NCBI GenBank assembly: GCA_041656175.1
Contig: JBBAEA010000002.1
Location: 3,697 to 67,696 of the forward strand
DNA: 64,000 nt
Direction of reading: 5' to 3'
From: Bradymonadales bacterium
GTDB lineage: Bacteria; Myxococcota_A; Bradymonadia; UBA4248
This document shows, piece by piece, positions 58,401 to 64,000 of the stretch (the stretch's first letter is position 1; each line of letters begins with the position of its first letter). A program made the position numbers and the translations under genes. The notes under the pieces were generated by a model. The model was not told the DNA's origin and did no database searches. It saw nothing but the letters and a program-made list of their open reading frames with translations.

Positions 58401-60478
58401 ACGGACCAAACGGTTTTATAATCTTCGCTGTTATTAAGGGCTTCCTCCGCGTTGGCTCCAGCTTTAAGTACAACGGGAATAATAATGTAGCCGTACTTCT
58501 TAGCCTCGGCTTTGCGCATCACGCGCCCCACCGATTGCACGATATCGATCTGCGAATTCTTCGGGCTCAAAAACAACACTGCATCTAAGCTGGGAACATC
58601 GACTCCCTCGCTCAAACAGCGAACATTGCTCAATATCCGACACTCTGCCCCGTCACGTGGAACGCTTTTGAGCCAGTGTAAGCTCTCATCGCGCTGCATC
58701 GCCGACATCTTCCCGTCCACGTGCGCACAATTGGGATATACCGACATCGAACGCATCTCATTTTCCCACAAGAACACTTCGTTTGCATCACTTTCTGCAC
58801 CATCAAGAGCATCAGTATCGATATCTGCCGTATTTTCCGACATCAAGCAGCCGATCATATTAAGCTCGCTCTCAATACGCTTCGAGTTTGCAATGCTATG
58901 CGTAAAGGCAACCGCTGTACGCATCGGCTCGGGATCAACCTTCTCCAACTCATCGCTATCATCACGCGAAATCTTATTAAGCGCCGATACGCAGGCAACC
59001 AGCTTTGCCGCGCTGGTAACTTCCAAACGATCCGAACTCTCTTTCTCATCAAGAATCCGCCGTATCTGCACCGGTAAATCATCAGTAATCGTAAAGACCA
59101 GCACCCGATAGTCGCTTAAAAGCCCCAACTGCACCGCTTTTCCGAAACTAAGGCTATAAAAAACATCGCCATACAACGCCACATCATCCATCGAACACAG
59201 AACGACATCCTCGCCGCGCGCCCGATCCTTGGCATCCTCCCCGTAAAGCCGCGGCGTCGCCGTCATATACAAACGCCGTTTCGCCAAAATTTGCGTGTTG
59301 TAATGCACCTTTACAAACGACGAAATGTCATCAGACCCATCGTGAACACCAGTAGTTCGATGCGCCTCATCCGAAATCACCAAATCAAACGACAAATCCG
59401 CTCCCGACTCCGCACTCGCCAAAGCTTGCCCCTCGATCACCGCATCTATCGATTGATACGTACTAAATACAACGTTAAGACGCTTCAGCGCATGAGAACC
59501 GCTATTCTCCTCGCCGAATAGGCAGCCGCTCGCCCTAAACTCCGAGCCTTCATTCTTGGCCGTATCCCGCGCTTCTAAACATTCTAAAAACCACTTCGCA
59601 ATATCCGCAGGATTCGTATTGGCGGGTTCTGCCAAATCAACGACACTCGTAAAAGTATCATCGTCGACATTAGACCGCTTTTTACTACTCACTTTGGAGT
59701 CCGAGCAAACACAAAGCGGGCGCATACTCGTATTTTTATGATCAAGCCAACTCCCCAGGCTTTGCCCCAGTAGCGCAATCGATGGAACCAAAAACAAGAC
59801 AAAATCCCCGTCTTCACACAGATCCTCGGCTATCCGAAGCGACGTAAATGTCTTACCCGTACCGCACGCCATAATCATACGACCGCGATCATTACTCGAA
59901 TAATGCGACCGCGCCGCCTCCAACGCTTCCAGCTGATGCGCTCGCAAGGTAAACGGCTCATATTGCGCTTGAGAACCGACAAACCCCGCCACGAGCTTTT
60001 CCCAATCTACTGGGCTCTCCCTCAAGGTCGATAAGCTGATCCGCGTTACCGGCGGCTGATGTTGCCGAATCATTGCTTCGGCATTTGCGCCCCATTTGTC
60101 GGTTGTCGATATCCATAAAGCCCGAGTAAAAACGCAGCTATTGCCCGCTTCATCTAAAAACGTCTTAGCCGTCATCGATAAAAAACTGTCGATATTCGCC
60201 TTGTTTACCGAGTGCGCCGCAGCGTAACATTTACATTGCACGGCCCAATATTCCCCATCCTTCGTTTTCGCCACCAAATCAATACCCAAATCCTTCCCGC
60301 CCCCCGCAAAACTCTCGCGAAGCGGAAATTCCCCCCACAAATACACCTCCTCCAACTGATCGGCATAACGCGGTTCCGTTAACAGATATCGCTGACTTAA
60401 GCGCTCAAAACTATCACCGATCCGACGTTTTCCGCCTGCTGTCCGAAAAATATCCAGTACTTCATCTATTGTTAACAT
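55451..60478 (-). CDS. Single-polypeptide restriction-modification enzyme: Mrr-like nuclease, SF2 helicase-type ATPase, N6-adenine methyltransferase, C-terminal target-recognition region (Type ISP-like)
   Basis: 1675 aa. N-terminal GGKDLGIDLVAKTKDGEYWAVQCKCY is a PD-(D/E)xK Mrr core. Walker A MACGTGKT. DEAH box VISDEAHRTTG. YMTATP and QSVGRVMRK helicase motifs. MTase motif I VLDPFTGTGTF and motif IV ILGNPPY. Confidence 0.8.
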   Translation of the reverse strand: MLTIDEVLDIFRTAGGKRRIGDSFERLSQRYLLTEPRYADQLEEVYLWGEFPLRESFAGGGKDLGIDLVAKTKDGEYWAVQCKCYAAAHSVNKANIDSFLSMTAKTFLDEAGNSCVFTRALWISTTDKWGANAEAMIRQHQPPVTRISLSTLRESPVDWEKLVAGFVGSQAQYEPFTLRAHQLEALEAARSHYSSNDRGRMIMACGTGKTFTSLRIAEDLCEDGDFVLFLVPSIALLGQSLGSWLDHKNTSMRPLCVCSDSKVSSKKRSNVDDDTFTSVVDLAEPANTNPADIAKWFLECLEARDTAKNEGSEFRASGCLFGEENSGSHALKRLNVVFSTYQSIDAVIEGQALASAESGADLSFDLVISDEAHRTTGVHDGSDDISSFVKVHYNTQILAKRRLYMTATPRLYGEDAKDRARGEDVVLCSMDDVALYGDVFYSLSFGKAVQLGLLSDYRVLVFTITDDLPVQIRRILDEKESSDRLEVTSAAKLVACVSALNKISRDDSDELEKVDPEPMRTAVAFTHSIANSKRIESELNMIGCLMSENTADIDTDALDGAESDANEVFLWENEMRSMSVYPNCAHVDGKMSAMQRDESLHWLKSVPRDGAECRILSNVRCLSEGVDVPSLDAVLFLSPKNSQIDIVQSVGRVMRKAEAKKYGYIIIPVVLKAGANAEEALNNSEDYKTVWSVLRALRAHDERFEIKVQQLALKQQKVGKTGAVIGESGAASDRSDADFEDSRILVDGIQLDLNFIQETQGLIYAKLVQRVGSRRYWEDWAGDVGTIVQNNITQIAALVEENAGIRKRFSVFHQELRANINNALSKEEVVEMLAQHLITGPIFNALFDDGSFEDNNPISRSMRRIIDEMQKVSDFAEGTRAMQGFYTSVADRVRGVQSSEGRQKIITELYETFFKLAFPLTVEKLGIVYTPIEIADFILHSTDFLLQKYFGRHLSDEGVHVLDPFTGTGTFMARLLECGLINDEDLLRKYHGELHANEILLLAYYIAAVNIENSLRWQMKARGIDEGETVENSTFSFDGICLTDSFELGERNNVFTAFFPDNSQRVVEQQKQPLMVILGNPPYSIGQKSANDNAQNASYKQLEARIDETYAKKSTATNKNSLYDSYVKAFRWASDRLDEENGGIVAFISNGSWIDNLAFDGFRACLEEEFSAVYCYNLRGNAYTSGVLRKKEAGNVFDSGSRTPIAICLLVKDPNYDGKAQIYYHDIGDYLSREDKLERIKTAQSVQGIDWGEALQPNQYHDWINQRDETFETMIPLENAKKFGDGKGSFFAAHSCGVKTNRDAWVYDFSQESLKERLLGMIDFYNNEVSRYREAKKGKITIKIQDFVDYDLTKISWTTSLMKRLERKAKTAKEADVFEDNRVYESIYRPFVPQYLYFTSKYNERVYRQPAFFPEADSENLLICVTGLGAKKDFSAFVVDKVPDLNLMEAGAQCFPLYWYEENSGGLFAENSVCRRRDGVSDWIVAEAEKLYGVKVGKRAIFDFVYGQLWDLGYQKRYKVELKKSLPRIDLPADYSEFSRLSARGAALIDLHTMRKVPDYREFGIKLEGEFEGVSYRVEKMVFAKKGKALDKSIIIYNGFITISGIPDVAHDFIVNGKSAIEWVLDRFSVRTDKKTGIVNDPNLWAMEGGNPRRILEHLLDVISVSCGHARVIES

Positions 60479-60655
60479 CTCGCTTGCCCTTTCTTATCCA
60501 AAACATGCCCATCGACCCGTTCGACATCAATCGGATACCATCAAACTAGCGTACTCTCAATATTGGCTAACTGATAAAATGAAGCAAGAAAGCTCAATAG
60601 CTCAGAGCATCCTTAGGGAAACTCTGAAATATTCGATATTTATGACTTTTGCTCT

Positions 60656-60809
60656 TGTGGGGGGCTATTGCCCCCCTACGCGCGGGCTTCCTCGTAAAAT
60701 GCGACAATTCGCATAAATAAAATGCGATGTATTCGCTCAAACCGCTCATTCATCGCATTTTATGTGCTCATTGCGCATTTTCCTCGGCGATCCCGCGCTA
60801 CCCCCCCCC
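60656..60809 (+). repeat. Family-1 structured element, copy 1j
   Basis: CTTGTGGGGGGCTATTGCCCCCCTACGCGCGGGCTTCCTCG...GGCGATCCCGCGCTACCCCCCCCC. About 90% identical to copy 1a. Confidence 0.8.
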
Positions 60810-60965
60810 AGCGTTTCACGCGAAAGAAAATGTGCACAGTCTCTCCCTATTCTCTTCATTCCTATAAGATTGACGCCCGTTGCTAAGCTCTTTATACTTT
60901 TGTTACATCTTTTCGCGTTGCCAGATCGCGGCGCAATGTTTTTTGTTCAACCTAGGAGTTTGTCT

Positions 60966-62519
60966 ATGATTCTTCGAAGCACCGTCATTGAAAATCGCTA
61001 TTTTGATTCAGTTTTTCTCATGAGCTTAGCCGCGGAGCTTAAGAAGATGGGCGGCGTACTGGACGCCTCCGCGCTTATGGGAACAGATAGTAACAAGGAT
61101 TTACTCAAGGATAGTGGGCTTTTGGATGATATCGCGAAATCCGCGGCTCCCAATGACCTTATTTTAAGCGTCAAAATCGAGAATGAATCGCAGTATCCCT
61201 CCATAAAAGAGCGCATCGACAAATTTTTGGCAGGCGAGGACGATGCTGCGCCGAAGAAGAGGTCGGGGCGCGGGGAGCAAGTGGCGCATACTATTGAGGA
61301 GGGTTTAGATATTTTGGAGGATGCAAATCTACTCCATATCTCGATCCCTGGGCCTTTTGTGTATAACGAGGCGTTGCGCGCCATCGATAAGGGGCTAAAT
61401 CTCTTTATCTTCTCCGATAACGTTTCGATCGAAGAGGAGCGCATCATTAAAGAAGAGGCTAAAAAACGGGATCTCCTCGTCATGGGTCCCGACTGCGGAA
61501 CCGCCATCATCAACGGCGTTGGCCTTGGTTTTGCAAACGTCGTCCCCCGCGGCCCACTCGCCGTTATCGGCGCGTCGGGAACGGGGATACAGGAAATAAC
61601 ATGCTTGGCCGCGCAACGCGGCATTGGAATCGCTCAGGCCATCGGTTTGGGGGGACGCGACCTTCGCAAAGAAATTGGCGCCATATCGATGTTGCAAGCC
61701 CTCGATATGATCGAAACGCAAAGCGAAGTTAAGGTGATTTGTTTGGTCTCAAAACCTGCACACCCCGATAGTATGGCCAAAATCATGGCTCGCGCTGAAC
61801 GCATGAATCTGCCGATCATAGCCTGTTTCCTCGGTGCGAGCACAGAAATCGCGCATCCCAAAAACGTTCACATCGCCACTCGCCTTGATGAAGCTGTCGA
61901 TATGGTGGAAGCCGTACTACGCGGTGAAACCCCAAAGAGAAGCGATAAGGCCATCATTAGCGAAACATGCTTGGCTAAGCTCCAAGAGCGAAAGGCGAAA
62001 CTGCCCGCTACGCGCAAAAACATTAAGGGGCTGTTTAGCGGCGGTACTCTTTGCGACGAAGCGCTGTATATGGCTAAGTCCTTGAAACTCGAAAAGATCC
62101 AAAGCAACCTTGTCGCAGATAGCGATCCCATGGCTATTATTAATGATGGGCAAAACGCAAACCTATTCCTCGACATGGGGGACGACAAGTTTACGCGCGG
62201 ACGCCCACACCCCATGATCGAGTTTGGCTATCGCATGGAGCGAGTACGCGCTGAAGCCGCAAGAGCAGAGACCGCCGTTATTTTACTCGATCTCGTTATA
62301 GGCTATGGTTCGCACAAAGATCCGCTTGCAGCACTGCTGCCCGTTATCGAGGAGTTCAACAAGGACAGCGATCCCGTCTTCGTACTCTCGATCACGGGGA
62401 CAGCGCAAGATCCGCAAAACCTTGAGCAGATTAAAACGCAAGTGAAAGCCGCTGGCGCGTGGATTGCAAAGAGTAACGCGCAGGCCGCTGCGATGGCCAT
62501 CGAGTTTGTGAAGCGCTAG
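60966..62519 (+). CDS. fdrA: FdrA-family protein (succinyl-CoA-synthetase-alpha-like / acyl-CoA synthetase FdrA)
   Basis: MILRSTVIENRYFDSVFLMSLAAELKK resembles the FdrA N-terminus. Internal CoA-binding and ligase-CoA domains: GIQEITCLAAQRGIGIAQAIGLGGRD. About 517 aa from this start. Confidence 0.75.
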   Translation: MILRSTVIENRYFDSVFLMSLAAELKKMGGVLDASALMGTDSNKDLLKDSGLLDDIAKSAAPNDLILSVKIENESQYPSIKERIDKFLAGEDDAAPKKRSGRGEQVAHTIEEGLDILEDANLLHISIPGPFVYNEALRAIDKGLNLFIFSDNVSIEEERIIKEEAKKRDLLVMGPDCGTAIINGVGLGFANVVPRGPLAVIGASGTGIQEITCLAAQRGIGIAQAIGLGGRDLRKEIGAISMLQALDMIETQSEVKVICLVSKPAHPDSMAKIMARAERMNLPIIACFLGASTEIAHPKNVHIATRLDEAVDMVEAVLRGETPKRSDKAIISETCLAKLQERKAKLPATRKNIKGLFSGGTLCDEALYMAKSLKLEKIQSNLVADSDPMAIINDGQNANLFLDMGDDKFTRGRPHPMIEFGYRMERVRAEAARAETAVILLDLVIGYGSHKDPLAALLPVIEEFNKDSDPVFVLSITGTAQDPQNLEQIKTQVKAAGAWIAKSNAQAAAMAIEFVKR

Positions 62520-62524
62520 GCACT

Positions 62525-62676
62525 GAGGGGGAGCGCAAGATCACCTGAGGAATTCGCTTAGTTACGCACACTGTGCATAAGTCGAGCGTATAGCGAGAAT
62601 TTTGCACAGTGTATCGCGGAACTTAGCGAATAATGAGGGAAGCTTGCGCGGGGGGGAGACTTCCCCCCTCCCCAAA
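62525..62676 (-). repeat. Family-1 structured element, copy 1k (inverted)
   Basis: GAGGGGGAGCGCAAGATCACC...GAGGGAAGCTTGCGCGGGGGGGAGACTTCCCCCCTCC. Confidence 0.8.
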
Positions 62677-62732
62677 AAATAGCCATAATATTTGGAACAA
62701 TGTTTTTAACCATTTTGAATGTGAGCATAAAT

Positions 62733-64000
62733 ATGACGAATCCCTTACTTGGCAATGATAAATTATCTGTTATTAACATGGGTCTGCCCTCTTTCGCCGA
62801 ATCGCTCGCCGAACAAGGCGCCGCCGTCACACAGCTACAATGGAAGCCCGCAGCCGACGCAAAACCCGAGCTTCTCAGCGTACTCGCGCGCATAAACCGC
62901 GCTGGCAAAGAGCTGTCTGCGCTTCAAGAAAAAATCGAAGCCGCCAACAAGCAAGCCGTGGAGCGCTTGAACGAAGCGCAAGCGATTTGGACCGACGTGC
63001 AGCCCGCGCGTGACGTCGTTAAAGGTTTTCACGACAATTTGATTCTGCACGCAGGCCCGCCCATCGCCTGGGAAAAGATGTGTGGCCCCATGCAAGGTGC
63101 CATAGCGGGCGCCCTTATTTATGAAGGGAAAGCCAAAACTTTCGAGGAAGCATGCGTACTTGCCGAGAGCGGTAAGATTGAGTTCGCACCATGCCATCAC
63201 TACCAAATGGTGGGACCCATGGCTGGCGTGGTATCGCCTTCGATGTGGGTTTCGGTGGTACATAACCCCACACACGGGAATTACGCCTACTGCACACTCA
63301 ACGAAGGATTGGGCAAAGTTTTGCGCTTCGGCGCCTACGATGAAGAAGTTATGACGCGGCTCAAGTGGATGGAAAAAGTGCTGGCGCCCGCCTTGTCAAA
63401 GGCCGTAAAACACGCGGGCGGCATCAATATTAAAGCGCTCATCGCGCAGGCGCTGCAGATGGGCGATGAATTGCACAACCGCAATAACGCGGGAACGTCG
63501 CTCTTGCTGCGAGAGCTGCACACGCATCTGTGCAAATGCGGGCTAAGCCTTGAAGTCGTCGAAGAAGTCTACGCTTTTATCAACGCTAATAACCACTTCT
63601 TCCTTAATTTCTCGATGCCCGCGGGTAAAGTTGCAGCCGATGCCATTAAGGGCATTGAGTACTCCACCATTATGTGCGCAATGTGCCGAAACGGCGTCGA
63701 AATTGGCATACGTGTTGCAGGCACAGGGGATCGCTGGTACACCACGCAATCTGGTATTCCGAAGGGTTTGTATTTTGGCGGCTACTCCGAAGCCGACGCC
63801 AACCGCGATCTCGGGGATTCCACGATCTGCGAAACTGCGGGTTTTGGCGGTTTTGCCATGGCTACTGCACCGGCCATCGTCAAGTTCACGGGGGGAGACG
63901 CCGAAATGGCCTTGCGCATCACGAACGAAATGTACGACATTTGCTACGCCCGACACCGCGACTATCAAATGCCTATACTCGATTTTGCAGGCACACCGCT
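62733..64000 (+). CDS. DUF1116-family protein (YlbE-like, usual FdrA partner); 3' end beyond window
   Basis: ATG at 62733 with an open frame to the window end: MTNPLLGNDKLSVINMGLPSFAESLAEQGAAV... Not in the ORF track because no stop lies within the window. Confidence 0.65.
   Translation, partial: MTNPLLGNDKLSVINMGLPSFAESLAEQGAAVTQLQWKPAADAKPELLSVLARINRAGKELSALQEKIEAANKQAVERLNEAQAIWTDVQPARDVVKGFHDNLILHAGPPIAWEKMCGPMQGAIAGALIYEGKAKTFEEACVLAESGKIEFAPCHHYQMVGPMAGVVSPSMWVSVVHNPTHGNYAYCTLNEGLGKVLRFGAYDEEVMTRLKWMEKVLAPALSKAVKHAGGINIKALIAQALQMGDELHNRNNAGTSLLLRELHTHLCKCGLSLEVVEEVYAFINANNHFFLNFSMPAGKVAADAIKGIEYSTIMCAMCRNGVEIGIRVAGTGDRWYTTQSGIPKGLYFGGYSEADANRDLGDSTICETAGFGGFAMATAPAIVKFTGGDAEMALRITNEMYDICYARHRDYQMPILDFAGTP

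Noticed and set aside
57599-59111. ORFs 57599..58162, 58512..59111, 58721..59077 (+) inside the RM gene
   Set aside because: Antisense to a 5-kb ORF with continuous helicase and MTase motifs. No independent support.

Overview
This 64-kb window is a core chromosomal segment of a Gram-negative bacterium at about 50% GC. The protein content (desulfoferrodoxin, sigma-54 activator, Hanks-type Ser/Thr kinase, myxobacterial-type PilZ domain, many lipoproteins) suggests an anaerobic delta-proteobacterium-like lineage. I cannot name the genus from sequence alone. I support about 40 protein-coding genes: partial secA, pyrH, a PFK-family 6-phosphofructokinase, dnaN, hemW, rpmG, a UDP-glucose 6-dehydrogenase and a MalK/SBP-MalF-fusion/MalG sugar ABC operon. 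They also include an RNase II-family enzyme, murC, a sigma-54 activator, asnA, a Memo-AMMECR1 fusion, a truncated Hsp70, glgX, an aldehyde dehydrogenase, fmt, argS, rpoH, a Ser/Thr kinase, desulfoferrodoxin and a 1675-aa single-chain Mrr-helicase-MTase (Type ISP-like) restriction-modification enzyme. The last two genes are fdrA and a partial DUF1116 gene. There are four tRNA genes: Arg-TCT, Pro-TGG and two Phe-GAA. The most striking property is repeat density. Four families of short non-coding structured elements sit in nearly every intergenic gap. The largest family has 11 copies plus a fragment, each about 150 bp. Two related tandem arrays of about 100-bp hairpin units full of TTTCGTG/CACGAAA heptamers lie at 26.1 kb and 38.8 kb. 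An AT-rich DnaA-box cluster next to dnaN, with leading-strand gene orientation switching there, marks a putative oriC that lacks an adjacent dnaA. Other oddities are a serpin gene broken by two frameshifts at T-runs, an SBP-permease fusion and two genes with internal tandem coding repeats.
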